DNA of 64,000 nucleotides, taken from contig NC_086108.1 of NCBI RefSeq assembly GCF_963921235.1, forward strand, positions 114,764,001 to 114,828,000. Direction: 5' to 3'. Of this stretch, positions 38,478 through 52,523 are shown in pieces. The notes under the pieces were generated by a model. That model did not search any database, was not told the DNA's origin, and saw nothing but the letters and a program-made list of their open reading frames with translations. A program made the translations under genes and the position numbers. Positions within the stretch are counted from its first letter, which is position 1. Each line of letters opens with the position of its first letter. The stretch comes from Mobula hypostoma (lineage: Eukaryota).

Positions 38478-38738
38478 GTAGGTGTCATCTCCTGTTCCCC
38501 TTCACCCCTGCTCCCCAACCCTACAACCTCCCCTTTGCACCTGAACCCAACTTTACAACCTACGCTTCACCCCTGCCCCCTGAAGTTACAATCTCCACTC
38601 GGGTGGTTTCGTGGATCCAGTGGTCCTGTGGGGTTATTTGGAAGTGACAGTAGGAATTGGTGAGAGTGGTGACTGAAATGCCAGAGCTCTGTGGCAGGGG
38701 GTCGTGGTGGTGTCCTGTAACCCTGATGTCCAGTGTAA

Positions 38739-38897
<159 letters not shown>

Positions 38898-39065
38898 TGA
38901 GACTGAAAGGAAATGGTCCAGAGGGATGAGGAGGGGGAAATGAGAAGAAAACAGTAAAAATGGGAAGATGGGTTTGGACGGTGATGGAAAGATGTGAAGC
39001 TCAAAAAAATGCAGATACTGGAAGTCTGAAACAAAGACAGAACTTACTGGAACCACACAGGAGGT

Positions 39066-41880
39066 CATAGAACACAGCACAGTACAGTCCCTTCGGCCCA
39101 CAATGTTGTGCCGACCCTTAAACCCTGCCTCCCATATAACCCCCCCCACCTTAAATTCCTCCATGTACCTGTCTAGTTGTCTCTTAAACTTCACTAGTGT
39201 ATCTGCCTCCACCACTGACTCAGGCAGTGCATTCCACGCACCAACCACTCTCTGAGTAAAAAACCTTCCTCTAATATCCCCCTTGAAATTCCCACCCCTT
39301 ACCTTAAAGCCATGTCCTCTTGTATTGAGCAGTGGTGCCCTGGGGAAGAGGTGCTGGCTGTCCATTCTATCTATTCCTCTTAATTCCTCTATCTATTCCT
39401 CTTTGTATACCTCTATCATGTCTCCTCTCATCCTCCTTCTCTCCAAAGAGTAAAGCCCCAGCTTCCTTAATCTCTGATCATAATCCATACTCTCTAAACC
39501 AGGCAGCATCATGGTAAATCTCCTCTGTACCCTCTCCGATGCTTCCACATCCTTCCTTTAGTGAGATGACCAGAACTGGACACAATACTCCAAGTGTGGC
39601 CTAACCAGAGTTTTATAGAGCTGCATCATTATCCCGTGACTCTTAAACTCTATCCCTCAACTTATGAAAGCTAACACTCCATAAGCTTTCTTAACTACAC
39701 TATCTACCTGTGAGGCAACTTTCAGGGATCTGTGGACATGTACCCCCACATCCCTCTGTTCCTCCACACTACTAAGTATCCTGCCATTTACTTTGTACTC
39801 TGCTCTGGAGTTTGTCCTTCCAAAGTGTACCACCTCACATTCTCTGGGTTGAACTCCATCTACCACTTCTCAGCCCACTTCTGCACCTTATCAATGTCTC
39901 TCTGCAATCTTTGACAATCCTCTACACTATCCACAGCACCACCAAACTTTGTGTCATCTGCAATTTTGCCAACCCACCCTTCTACCCCCACATCCGGGTC
40001 GTTTATTAAAAATCAGGAAAAGTAGAGGTCCCAGAACCGATTCTTGTGGGACACCACAAGTCACAACCCTCCAATCTGAATGTACTCCCTCCACCACAAC
40101 CCTCTGCTTTCTACAGGCAAGCTAATTCTGAATCCACCTGGCCAAACTTCCTTGGATCCCATGCCTCTGACGTTCTGAATAAGCCTACCGTGTGGAACCT
40201 TGTCAAATGCCTTACTAAAATCCATGTAGATCACATCCACTGCACTACCCTCATCTATATGCCTGGTCACCTCCTCAAAGTACTCCATCAAGCTTGTTAG
40301 ACATGATCTGCCCTTCACAAAGCTATGCTGACTGTCCCTGTTCAGACCATGATTCTCTAAATGCCCATAGATCCTATCTCTATGAATCTTTTCCAACAGC
40401 TTTCCCACCACAGATGTAAGGCTTACTGGTCTATAATTATCCAGACTATCCCTACTACCTTTTTTGAACAAGGGGACAACATTCGCCTCCCTCCAATCCT
40501 CCAGTACCATTCCTGTTGACAACGAGGACATAAAGATCCTAGCCAGAGGCTCAGCTATCTCTTCCCTCACCTCATGGAGTAGCCTGGGGAATATTCTGTC
40601 AGGCCCCGGGGACTTATCCATCCTAATGTATTTTAACAACTCCAACACCTCCTCTCCCTTAATATCAACATGCTCCAGAACATCAACCTCACTCATATTG
40701 TCCTCACCGTCATGAAGTTCCCTCTCATTGGTGAATACCGAAGAGAAGTATTCATTGAGGACCTCGCTCACTTCCACAGCCTCCAGGCACATCTTCCCAC
40801 CTTTATCTCTAATCGGTCCTATCTTCACTCCTGTCATCCTTTTGTTCTTCACATAATTGAAGAATACCTTGGGGTTTTCCCTTACCCTTCTCGCCAAAGC
40901 CTTCTCATGCCCCCTTCTTGCTCTCCTCAGCCCCTTCGTAAGCTCCTTTCTTGCTACCTTGTATTCCTCAATAGACCCATCTGATCCTTGCTTCCTAAAC
41001 CTCATGTATGCTGCCTTCTTCCATCTGACTAGATTTTCCACCTCACTTGTCACCCATGGTTCCTTCACCTTACCATTCTTTATCTTCCTCACCAGGACAA
41101 ATTTGTCCCTAACATGCTGCAAGAGATCCCTAAACATCAACCACATGTCCATAGTACATTTCCCTGTAAAAACATCATCCCAATTCACACCCGCAAGTTC
41201 TAGCCTTATAGCCTCATAATTTGCCCTTCCCCAATTAAAAATTTTCCTGTCCTCTCTGATTCTATCCTTTTCCATGATAATGCTAAAGCCAGGGAGCGGT
41301 GGTCACTGTCTCCCAGATGCTCACCCACTGAGAGATCTGTGACCTGACTGGGTTCATTACCTAATACTAGCTCTAGTATGGCATTCCCCCTGGTCGGCCT
41401 GAAAACATATTGTGACAGGAATCCGTCCTGGACACACTTAACAAACACTGCCCCGTCTAAACCCTTGGAACTAATCAGGTGCCAATCAATATTAAGGAAG
41501 TTAAAGTCACCCATGATAACAACCCTGTTATTTTTGCACCTTTCCAAAATCTGCCTCCCAATCTGCTCCTCGGTATCTCTGCTGCTACCATGGGGCCTAT
41601 AGAATACCCCCAACAGAGTAACTGCTCCCTTCCTGTTCCTGACTTCCACCCATACTGACTCAAAAGAGGATACTGCTACATTACCCACCCTTTCTGTAGC
41701 TGTAATAGTATCCCTGACCAGTAATGCCACCCCTCCTCCCCTTTCCCCCCCTCTCTATCCCTGTTAAAGCACTGAAATCCAGGAATATTGAGAATCCATT
41801 CCTGCCCTGGTGCTAGCCAAGTCTCTGTAATGGCCACTACATCATAATTCCATGTATATATCCAAGCTCTCTGTTCATCA
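39066..41880 (-). mobile_element. Young CR1 LINE (endonuclease-RT), same subfamily as 22417-24574
   Basis: ORFs 41206-41730 (endonuclease), 40061-41275, 39657-39866 and 38853-39365; peptides nearly identical to those at 22478-24324. Confidence 0.93.
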
Positions 41881-42149
41881 ACTCAGGTCCGGCAGCATCC
41901 TGGAGAGGGGAACAGTGAGTGGTTCAGGGATCAATGGTCCACTGTCAGAACCGGATAAAACTCCGATAATTGAATATTCCAGAGTATTCTGAAACCACAG
42001 CATCTGGCCCAGTAGGGAATATCCCTTGTGTTCCCCTTGAGCTCTTTGGGGCCTCTTGTCCCACTCATCCTTAAAACTCATCCGACGCACTGGAAAATCA
42101 ACAGTAATAATGTGTGATGTCTTAAAGCAAAGTGATTTGGAAGTGTAAA

Positions 42150-43165
42150 CATGAGATGCTGGAAATCCAGAGCCACACGGAGAGAGACAGACAGAGAAAT
42201 ACACACAGTGCTGGAAATCCAGAGCCACACACACACAATATCAATGAAGTAAGAAGCTGGAAGTAAATGGGAGGAAAAGGTAACCAACTGGAGAAGAAGG
42301 AATCTGATAGGAGAAGAGAGTGGACTGTGGGAGAAAGGGAAGAAGGAGGGTGCCAGGGGTTGGTTCTCGGCAGGTGAGGAGAAGAGGTAAGATACCAGAG
42401 TGGGGACATGAAGTAGAGATTAGATTAGATTGTCATTGTGCCGAGTACAGATACAAAGCCAATGAAATGCAGTTAGCATCTGACCAGAAATGCAAAGAAT
42501 AGTGTTATTTACAAAATAACTGCAAATAAGAAGTAAGTGCTACAGCACACAAATATAAAAGTACTGAGACTGCACAATATGGGTGCAATACTGCTTAGCG
42601 CTGTGATGAGCGGTTCAGCAGTGTCACAGCCTCAGGGAAGAAGCTCTTCCTGTGTCTGCTGGTGTGGGAGCAGAGGCTCCTGTAGTGCCTACTGGATGGG
42701 AGGAGAGTAAAAAGTCCATAGTTAGGGTGAGATGCATCCTTGATGATACTTTTCGCCCTGCCCAGGCAGCGTTTATGGTAGATGTTCTCAATGGTGGGCA
42801 ATTGGGTGCCGATAATCCGCTGGGCAGCTTTCACCACATGCTGAAGTGCTTTGCAGTCTGATACAGGACAATCGCCATACCACACTGAGATGCAGTTGGT
42901 GAGTATGCTCTCAATGGTACAGCAGTAAAAGTCCGTCAGTATCCTGGGACAGAGGTGAGCTCTCTTGATTCTAGAGAGAAGGGGAAGGAGAAAAAATACC
43001 AGAAGTTAGAGAAATTGTTGCTCATGCCATGAGGTTGGGAGCTACACAGATGAAATGAAGTGTTGCTCCTCCAACAGTTGGCCCTAAATAACGACTGTTT
43101 ACTCATTTCCATAGCCTCTGAGCTGGGTGAGGTCCTCCAGCATTTTCTGTGTGTTGCTCTGAATC
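42150..43165 (-). mobile_element. Penelope 3' fragment interrupted by a Rex1 3' fragment (~42420-42965)
   Basis: gctggaaatccagagc terminal motif twice; LEEQHFI..QPHGMS-like segment at ~43000-43075; Rex1 ORF 42595-42885 (WYG..KALQHVVKAAQRIIG..LLPSSRHYRSL). Confidence 0.7.
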
Positions 43166-43289
43166 TTTTCTGCTTGTCATTAAGGTACAAGATTGGAAAG
43201 TCAAAGACCAGCTTTTTTTGTCACATGCACATCAAAACATGAGAAGGGGCAAAGAGAGTTCATAGATCCCTGAAGGATGCAGCAGGAGT

Positions 43290-43945
43290 TGTTTTGGATT
43301 CTGACGCCTTTAATCTAAGTTTCTTTCGGACGTTAGGAAAGGGACACCACACTCGTTGTTTCACAATCATTTTATTAAGTGTTAATAGAACAAAGAAAAC
43401 TGGAAAAGGACAGTAACAGGAGCAGAGGCTAGTGACAGAAATGAGGAAAGCAGAAAGAAGAAAGATGGTGTTGCTGTGTGGTCAGCTCTTTTTATACTCC
43501 AGAGATAAGGAAGATCCCATTCAAATTTACAGATAAGAGTCAACCAATCAGATAGCCGCAAATAAGATATCTCCTCTTCTTATTGCTATGATCCGGGAGG
43601 AGGTACAGGAGCCTGAAGACCCACACTCAGTGATTCAGGACCAGCTTCTTCCTCTCTGCCATCCGATTTCTGAGTGGAAGATGAACCATGGACAGTACCT
43701 CACCACTTTTTCATTTTTTTCTCTTTCTGCACTACTTATTTAACTTTTTACTGCAAATTACAGTAAGAATTAGTTAAGGCAACATATTTCATGATGTATG
43801 CCAGTGATATTAAACCTGATTCTGATTCAAATAACGCAGCACCTGAGAAGCTTCCAGAGCTTTCCAGAATGTTATAAAGAACTATAACCACCAGGGGACA
43901 CACTGAACAATTGATATACAGTATACTGTGGCCATTAGGAAACAT
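43290..43945 (-). mobile_element. LTR-like repeat, copy 2, interrupted by a Rex1 3' fragment (~43565-43828)
   Basis: Starts TGTTTTGGATT; TTTATT at ~43371; TTTTATA at ~43490; similar to 4063-4576. Confidence 0.55.
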
Positions 43946-43949
43946 CAGG

Positions 43950-46900
43950 AGACCATTAGGAGAAGCAGGTGGAGGGGACTCATAGTCAGGGGAACAGACA
44001 GGAGGTTCTGTGGATGTGAAAGGAACTTATGGATGGTATGTTTTCTCCCAGATGCCAGGGTCGGGGACTTCTTGGATCATGCCACATTTTGGAGAGGGGG
44101 GCAGCCAGATATCCTGATACACGTTGGTACCAATGACATTGGAAGGAAAAACAAAGAGGTCCTGAAGAGAGAATTCAGAGAGTTAGGTAGAAAGCTGAGA
44201 AGCAGGACCTCCAGGGTAGTAATTTCTGGATTGCTGCCTGTGCCACACACCAGTGAGAGTACCAACAGGCTGATTTGGCAAATTAATGCATGGCTGAGAA
44301 GCCGGTGCATGGAGGCAGGGCTTCAGGTTCTTGGATCACTGGGATTTCTTCTGGAGGAGGTATGACCTGTACAAAATGGACAGATTGCACCTGAACCCAA
44401 GGGGAATTAATATTCTCGTGGGCAGGTTTGTTAGAACTGTTGGGGAGGGTTTAAGTTAATTTGGCAGGGCGTTGGGAATGGGAGTGAAGGGACTCAGGAT
44501 AGGACAGATGATTAAAAAAAGCAAAGATAGCATGCAGTCAGACTGTCAGGATGGACTGATAGATGATAGGACATAATTGCAGCCAGCAGGGTGAGTATCA
44601 GTGCATTAGGGTTGCAGAATCAAATAGAGTAGTAAATGCAGCACTCAGAGATATATCTGAATGCACAGAGTATAATAAAATAGGATGGATGATGTTGTTG
44701 CTCTATTACAGATTGCCAGGTAGGATGTTGTGGCCATCACTGAATCGTGGCTGAAGGATGGTTGTAGATGGGAGCTGAATGTCCAAGATTACACGTTATA
44801 TCAAAGGGATAGGAAGGTAGGCAGAGGGGGTGGCGTGGCTCTGCTGATAAAGAATGGCATCAAATCAGTAGAAAGATATGATATAGGATCAGAAGGTGTT
44901 GAATCCTTGTGGGTTGAGTTAAGAACTGCGAGGGTAAAAGGACCCTGATGGCAGTTATATACAGGTCCCCCAACAGTAGCTGGGAGGTGGACCACAGATT
45001 ACAACCGGAAATAGAAATGGTGTGTCAAAAGGGCAATGTTATGATAGTCATGAGAGATTTTAACATGCAGGTGCATTGGGAAAATCAGGCTGGAAATGGA
45101 TCCCAAGGAGAGTTTGTTGAATGCCTACAAGATGGCTTCTTAGAGCGGTTTGTCGTTGAGCTTACTCGGGGATCAGCTATACTCAATTGGGTGTTATATA
45201 GTGAACTGGAGGTGATTAGGGAACTGAAGGTAAAAGAACCCTTAGGAGACAGTGATCATGGTATGATTGATTTCAACTTGAAATTTGATAGGGAGAAAGT
45301 AAAGTCTGATGCAGCAGTAAGAGATGGAGTAAAGGAAATTACAGTGGTATCAGAGATGAGTTGGTCAAAGTAAAGTGGAAGAAGCTGCTGGCTGGGATGT
45401 CAGTAGTGCAGCAATGGTGTGAGTTTCTAGGAAGGTGCAGAATGAATATATTCCAAGAACAAAGAAATACTCAAATGGCAAAATATACAAACGTGGCTAA
45501 CAAGGTCAGTCAAAGCTAATGTAAAAGCAAAAGTGTGGGCATAAAACAAAGCAAAAATTAGTGGGAAGACAGAGGACTGGGAAGCTTTTAAACCCCTTAA
45601 GAGAGCAACTAAAAGAATCATTAGGAGGAAAAAGATGAAATATGAAAGCAAGCTAACAAACAATATCAAAGTGGATAGTGAAAGCTTTTTCAAAATAAGA
45701 GAGATGAGAGTGTACATAGGACTGCTAGTAAATGAGGCAGGAGGAATAATAATGGGGAACAAGGAGATGGCAGATGAACTAAATAATTATTTTGCATCAG
45801 ACTTCACTGTGGAAGACACTAGCAGTGTGCCAGATGTTAAAGGTGTGAGGGAGGAGAAGTGAGTGCAGTTTCTATTACAAGGGAGAAGGTGCTCAAAAAG
45901 CTGAAAGACCTAAGGATACATAAGTCACCCAAGCCAGATGAACTGCACCCTAGAGTTCTGAAAGAGGTAGTGATAGAGATTATGGAGGTATAAGTAATGA
46001 TCTTTCAAAAATCATTGGACCCTGGCATGGTGCCAGAGGACTGGAAAATTGCAAATGTCACTCCACTCTTTAAGAAAGGAGGAAGGCAGCAGAAAGTAAA
46101 TTACAGTGTAGACTAGTTAGCCTGACCTCAGTGGTTGGGAAGATGTTAGAATCAACTGTTAAGGATGAGGTAATGAAGTACTTGGTGACACAAGACAAGG
46201 TAGTACAAAGTCAACATGGTTTCCTTCAGGGAAAATTCTGCCTGACAAAGCTGTTGGAATTCTTTGAGGAGATTACAAGTAGGATAGATAAAGAAAATGC
46301 AGTGGATGTTGTCTATTTGGACTTTCAGAAGGCCTTTGACAGGGTGCCACCCACATGAGGCTGCTTACCAAGTTAAAAGCTCATGGTATTACAGGACAAT
46401 TACTAACATGGTTAGGACATTGGCTGATTGGTAGGAGGCAGCGAGTGGGAATAATAGTATCCATTTCTGATTGACTGCTGGTGACTAGTGGTGTTCTGCA
46501 GGGGTCAGTGTTGGGACCACTTCTTTTTACGCTGTATATAAATGATTTAGATGATGGAATAGATTACTTTGTTGCCAAATTTTCAGATGATACGAAGATT
46601 GGTGGAGGGGCAGGTAGTGTTGAGGAAACAAGTAGGCTGCAGAAGATCAGGAGAATGGAAAAGAAAATGGCAAATGAAATACAATGTTGGAAAATATATG
46701 GTCATGCATTTTGGTGGTAGAAATAAATGTACAGACTATTTTCTAAATGAGAAAATGCAAAAATCTAAGATGCAAAAGGACTTGGGAGTCCCTGTGTAGA
46801 ACTCCCTAAAGGTTAACTTGGAGGTTGAGTCAGTGGTGGGGAAGGCAAATGCAATGTTAGCATTCATTTCAAGAGGTCTAGAACACAAGAGCAGGGATGT

Positions 46901-47490
46901 GATGCTGAGGCTTTATAAGGTGGTGGAGGCCTCACCTTGAGTAATGTGAACAGTTTTCGGCTCCTCACCTAAGAAAATATGTGCTGGGATTGGAGAGGGT
47001 CCAGAGGAGGTTTGCAAGGATGATTCTGGGAATGAAAGGGTTATCATACAAGGAACATTTGATGGTTCTGGGTCTGTCTTTGCTGGAACTTAGAAGGATA
47101 AGGGGGGTGTGGATCTCATTGAAATCTTTCAAATGTTGAAAGGCCCAGACAGAGTAGATTTGGAAAGGATGTTCTACATGGTGGACAAACCTAGGTCAAG
47201 AGGGCACAACCTCAGGTTAGAGGGGCATCCATTTCAAACAGATGCAGAGAAATTTCTTTCGGCAGAGGTTGGTGAATTTGTGGAATTTGTTACCACAGGC
47301 AGCTGTGGAGGCCAGGTTGTTGGGTTATTTAAGGCAGAGCTTGATCTGTTCTTGATTGAACACGGCATCAGAGGTTATGGCTAGTGGGGCTGACGAGGAG
47401 AAAAGAGGATCAGCCATGATTGAAAGGCAAAGTAGACTTGATGGGCCAAATGGCCTAATTCTGCTCGTATGTCTAATGTTCTTATGGTTA
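43950..47490 (+). mobile_element. Near full-length degenerate CR1 (ORF1 esterase, endonuclease, RT)
   Basis: LIHVGTNDIG esterase (43928-44365); ITESWL and LGDSDHGMI endonuclease; KFSDDTK RT; 3' tail at ~47480. Confidence 0.88.
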
Positions 47491-47770
47491 AGTGTATAGA
47501 AGTTCTTAAAGGCAATGCAAGCAGACAATCAATTGTTACGCTGCAAAGAAAATAGCTATTAAGCAGTCTAATCCAATAGTTGATAGGATGTTTAAGAAGG
47601 CGTAAGGTGTGTTGGCCTTCATTAGTCAAGGGATTCAGTTCAAGAGCTGCAGGGTAGTGTTGTAGCTCTATTTGCCGGCCCTGTTTGCTGAGTGGTGCAG
47701 TGGGAAGGGAAGGGTTGTATGTCTGTCAGGACACTGCCTGACTCTAACCAGCTGTTTGTTGTTGATCCAG

Positions 47771-47880
47771 CTGCTGCAGCTGCTGATATGGCCTACCACC
47801 ACGTGAGGCCGCCCATTGGCTACTCCATTCCCAAGCCTGTCTCCTCCCTGCTAATGAGGGCCTGGAACGCCTGTCCAGAG
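47771..47880 (+). CDS. TNNI3K: TNNI3K coding exon, last found in window; probably equivalent to human exon 21
   Basis: atccag|CT GCT GCA...CCA GAG|gtgagt; (A)[36 protein letters not shown]; 110 nt. The 14 exons total 1439 nt in one frame. Confidence 0.96.
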
Positions 47881-48344
47881 GTGAGTGGTCACACATCTGC
47901 CTGTCCATTCGGTTGTACTGCGCGAGGAGTGGAGGGTAGGGGAGGAGGTGATTAGCACGCAAAGTGGATCTCTGGGCTGATAGCACTGACGTATGGACAG
48001 AGAGTCATGGCACAGAACTGAAAAAGGCCTTTCAGCCCGAGATGTCAATGCAGTGAGGGAGAAAAGTGGTGGATATGTCCAGTCCATCACATCACTGAGA
48101 ACATTTAAATGGAGCACTGACATAAGAAAGCAACAGCAATCAACAAGGACCCCAACCATCCAGACTACATCCTCTTTTCACCACTACCAACACGCAGGAG
48201 GTACGGGAATCTTGGGTCTCACACCACCAGGTTCAGAAACAGTCGTTACCCTACAGGTTTCAGACCCTGAACCAGTATGGATAACTCACCTCAGCTTTAA
48301 CTGATTCCACAAGCCTACAGACTCACTTTCAAGGACTCTACAAT

Positions 48345-48780
48345 ACATATCCACACACTCACAACCCTCTGAGTGAAGAAGTTCCCTCCACATCTCACTT
48401 TTCACCCTCAACTCATAATCTCTAGTTCTAGTCTTACCCAACTTCAGTGGAAAATGCCTGCTTGCACTTGCCCTATAGCCTTCATAATCTTGAATACCTT
48501 GATCAAATCTCCTCTCATGTTTTTACGCTCTAGAGAATAAAGTCCTAACCTATTCAATCTTTCCCTATGAATTAGGCCCTCAAGATCCAGCAACATCCTT
48601 GTAAATTTTCTCTGCACTGTTTCAATCTTTTCTGTAGGTAAGTGTCCAAAATTGGACACAATGCTCCAAATTAGACCTCACCAACGTCTTGCGCAATTTC
48701 AACTTAACATCCCAATTCATGTACTCAATACATTGATTTATGAAGGCCAATGTGCCAAAAGCTTCCTTTATGACCCTAAG
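48345..48780 (-). mobile_element. CR1 3' fragment
   Basis: ETVQRKFTRMLLDLEGL..LGLYSLER (48444-48659). Confidence 0.75.
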
Positions 48781-48784
48781 TATC

Positions 48785-50525
48785 CTATCGGGTTTTTCTG
48801 GCAAATCAGGAGCGAGAGAGGAAGCAAATCACTGGTCCGTGAGTGAGGTTTATAAAGAGCATTTGCGGGCTTTTTTCTGGCAGCCCAGTAATATCGTGAT
48901 TCATTAGCAAGGGCAAATCGAAGTAAGGTAGGGCCAAGCAGAGCAGCCATTGTGTAAGTGGGTCAGTGTTAGAGTGGGGAGGCTTTGGCTCATCAGGCTT
49001 GGGCGAGGTATGTATCCGGTAAGTTTCTTCTTCATTCTTTGTCTGTTAGTGCATAGTTAGAGAAGGGAGGATGGCTCCAGGGTTGTTCTGTGTTCCTTGT
49101 GTGAGATGAGGGGATTCTGGGAGACCGCCAATCTCCCGGATGACTACATCTGCACCAGGTGCACCAAGCTGCATCTCCTCAGAGACCGGGTTAAGGATCT
49201 GGAACTTCAGCTTGATGACCTTTGGCTCCTATGGGAAACTGAGGAGATGATAGATAGGAGCTCAGGGATGTAGTCACCCTCAGCTTCAGGAGGCAAGTAC
49301 CTGGGAGGCTGTCAGGAGAGAGACAGAAAATGGGCAAATTACAAAGATAGGTGGAGGAGTGGGTAGTGTTGAGGAAACAGAGAGCCTGCAGAGAGACTTG
49401 GATAGTTTAGGGGAATGGGCACAGAAGCGGCAATGAAATACAATGTTGGAAGGTGTTTGGTCATGCACTTTGGTGGAAGAAATAAACGGGCAGTCTATTA
49501 TTTAGATGGAGAGAAAATTCAAAATGTAAAGATGCAAAGGGACTAGGGAGTCCTTGTGCGGGATACCCTAAAGGTTAACCTCCAGGTTGAGTTGGTGGTG
49601 AAGAAGTGAATGCAATGTTGGCATTCATTTCTAGAGGTATAGAATATAAGAGCAGGGATGTGATGTTGAGGCTTATAAGGCACTCGTGAGACCACATGGA
49701 GTATTGTGTGCAGTTTTGGGCTCCTTATTTTAGAAAGGATATTCTGACATTGACCCGACTGGTGACATAGTGGCATCAGTGCTGGACTTGGGGACGAAAG
49801 GTCCCGGGTTCGAATCCAGCTGGCTCCCCTGCACACTTTCCATCCGTTACGAGCTGGTGATCTCTTTGGAAGCTCACCCGGCAGAAGGCAATGGCAAACC
49901 ACTGCTGTAACTTGCCTCGTACGCGGTTCCCCACTACGTCAGAGAGGCGTGGAGGGAAATCGTCCACTAACCAGAGAAACTCCGGATGCGACGTTCCTTT
50001 CCTTTATACTGACATTGAGAGGGTTCAGAGAAGATTCACAAGAATGATTCCAGGAATGAAAGGGTTACCATATAAGGAACGTCTGGCAGCTCTTGGGCTG
50101 TATTCCCTGGAGTTCAGGAGAATGGCGGGGGGGGGGTGGTGGAATCTCCTAGAAACATTCCAAATGTTAAAAGGCCTGAACAGATTAGATATAGCAAACT
50201 TATTTCCCATGGCAGGGGAGTCTAGGATAAAAATGCACAACTTCAGGATTGAAGGATGTCCATTTGGAACAGAGATGTGGAGAAATTACTTCAGTCAGAG
50301 GGTGGTAAATCTGTGGAATCTGTTGCCACAAGCAGCTGTGGAGGCCAAGTCATTGGGTGTATTTAAGACAGAGACAGACAGGTTCTTGATTAGCCAGGGC
50401 ATCAAAGGATATGGGGAGAAGGCAGGGGAGTGGGGATGACTGGAAGAATTGGATCAGCCCATGATTGAATGGCAGAGCAGACTTGATGGGCCAAATGGCC
50501 TACTTCTGCTCCTATGGTCTTATAC
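48785..50525 (+). mobile_element. Internally deleted CR1 (5' UTR + ORF1 zinc finger fused to the RT C-terminus), with a SINE insertion
   Basis: 49070-49320 encodes CSLCEM..DDYICTRCTKLHLLRDRVKDLELQLDDL, then jumps to TKIGGGVGSVEE at ~49340. Confidence 0.75.
49754..50008 (+). mobile_element. tRNA-derived SINE with an RTE-type body
   Basis: B box GGTTCGAATCC; gaaggcaatggcaaaccact motif; (ccttt)n tail; exact TSD CTGACATTGA (49744-49753, 50009-50018). Confidence 0.8.
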
Positions 50526-50589
50526 ATGGCTGACAAGGAAATCAAAGCTACATAAAAGCAAAATAGAGGGCATATAATAGATCAAAAAT

Positions 50590-51365
50590 TAGAAACATAT
50601 AAAAACCTAGAGCACAATACAGGCCCTTCAGCCCACAAAACTGTGCTAAACATGTCCTTACCTGAGAAATTACCTAGGGTTACCCATAGCCCTCTATTTT
50701 TCTAAGCTCCATGTACCTGCCCAGGAGTCTCTTAAACGACCCTATCGTATCCGCCTCCGCCACCGTTGCCGCAGTCCATTCCACGCACTCACCACTCTCT
50801 GCGTAAAAAACTTACCCCTGACATCTCCTCTGTACCTACTTGCAAGCATCTTAAAACTGTACCTTCTCATGATAGGAGTTTCAGCCCTGGGAAAAAACCT
50901 CTGACTATCCACACGATCAATGCCTCTCATTATCCTGTACACCTCTATCAGGTCACCTGTCATCCTCCGTCGCTTCAAGGAGAAAAGGCCAAGTTCACTC
51001 AACCTATTCTCATAAGGCATGCTCCCCAAACCAGGCAACATCCTTGTAAATCTCCTCTGCACCCTTTCTATGGTTTCCACATCCTTCCTGTAGTGAGGCG
51101 ACCAGAACTGAGCACAGTACTCCAAGTGGGGTCTGACTGGAGTCCTATAGAGCTGTAACATTACCTCTCGGCTCCCAAACTCAATCCCACGATTGATGAA
51201 GGCCAATGCACTGTTTGCTTTCTTAACCACAGAGTCAACCTGCGCAGCAGCTTTGAATGTCCTATGGACTCGGACCCCAAGATCCCTCTGATCCACACTG
51301 CCAAGAGTCTTACCATTAACACTATATTCTGTCTTCATATTTGACCTACCAAAATGAAACACCTC
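50590..51365 (-). mobile_element. Young CR1 3' fragment inserted in an older + strand CR1 (~50525-51740)
   Basis: 206-aa ORF 50742-51362 (VRPHLEYCAQFWSPHYRKD). Confidence 0.88.
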
Positions 51366-51829
51366 CTTAGTGAAAAGTTAGAGGATTGGAAAGCTTTTAA
51401 AAATGAACAAGGCAACTGAAAAAGCCATAAGGAAGGAAAAGATGAGATTTGAAGGTAAACTGGCTAATAATATCAAAGAGGAAGTAGAAATCAGACCACT
51501 GGAAAATAATGCTGGAGACATAGTAATGGGGGACAAGGAAATAGCAGGAGAACTGAATGAGTATTTGGCATCTGTCTTTACTGTGAAAGACACTAGCAGT
51601 ATGCCAGATGTTTGATAGTGTCAAGGGGAAGAAGTGAGTGCAGTTGTTATTAATAGGGAGAAGATGTTTGAGAAGTTGAAAGGACTGAAGGTAGATAAGA
51701 CACATGAACCAGAAGGACTACACACCAAGGTTGTCAGCATACTGAATAAATCTATAGAAATATAACCTGTAACAGAATCAATGGAAGACTGCCCAACTAG
51801 GACATTCAACTAGGGTACAGCAGACAAAA

Positions 51830-52523
51830 ATAGTGTAAATACAAAAAGAAGAAATAATAAATAAACAATAAATGCTGAGAACATGAGAGGAGTCCTTGAA
51901 AGTGAGTCCATTGGTTGTTCAAACATTTCACCAATGGGGCATGTGAGGTTGAGTGAGGTTTCAAGAGCCTGATTGTTAAGGGGTAGTAACTGTTCCTGAA
52001 CCTGGTGATGTGAGTCTTGAGGCTCCTGTACCTCCTTCCTGATGGCATCAGCGAGAAGAGAGCGTGGTCAAAGTGGTGAGAGTCACTGACAATGGATGCT
52101 GCTTTCCTGCAACAGCATTTAATGTAGATGTGCTCAGTGGTTGGGAGGGCTTTACCCATGACGGACTGGGCCATATCCATTACTTTTGTAGGATTTTACA
52201 TTCAAGGGCATTGGTGTTTCCATACCGAGCTGTGATGCAGTCAGTCAGTATACTCTCCACTGCATGTCTATAGAGGTTTGTCAGAGTTTTAGATGTACTG
52301 CCAAATTTCCACAAACTCTTAAGGAAGTAGAGGTGCTGCTGTATTTGCACTTGCATGCTGGGCTCAGTACAGCTGCTTCGAAATAATAACAGCGAGGAAT
52401 TCAAAGTTCCTATCCTCTCCACCACTAATCCCCCAAAGAGGACTGGCTCATGGACCTCTGCCTTCCTTCTCCTGAAGTCTATAATCAGCTCCGTGGTCTT
52501 GCTGACGTTGAGTAAAAGGTTGT
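51830..52523 (-). mobile_element. Rex1 3' fragment
   Basis: LNVSKTTELIIDFRR..AVESILTDCITARYG; LFSLMPSGRRYRSLK. Confidence 0.8.
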
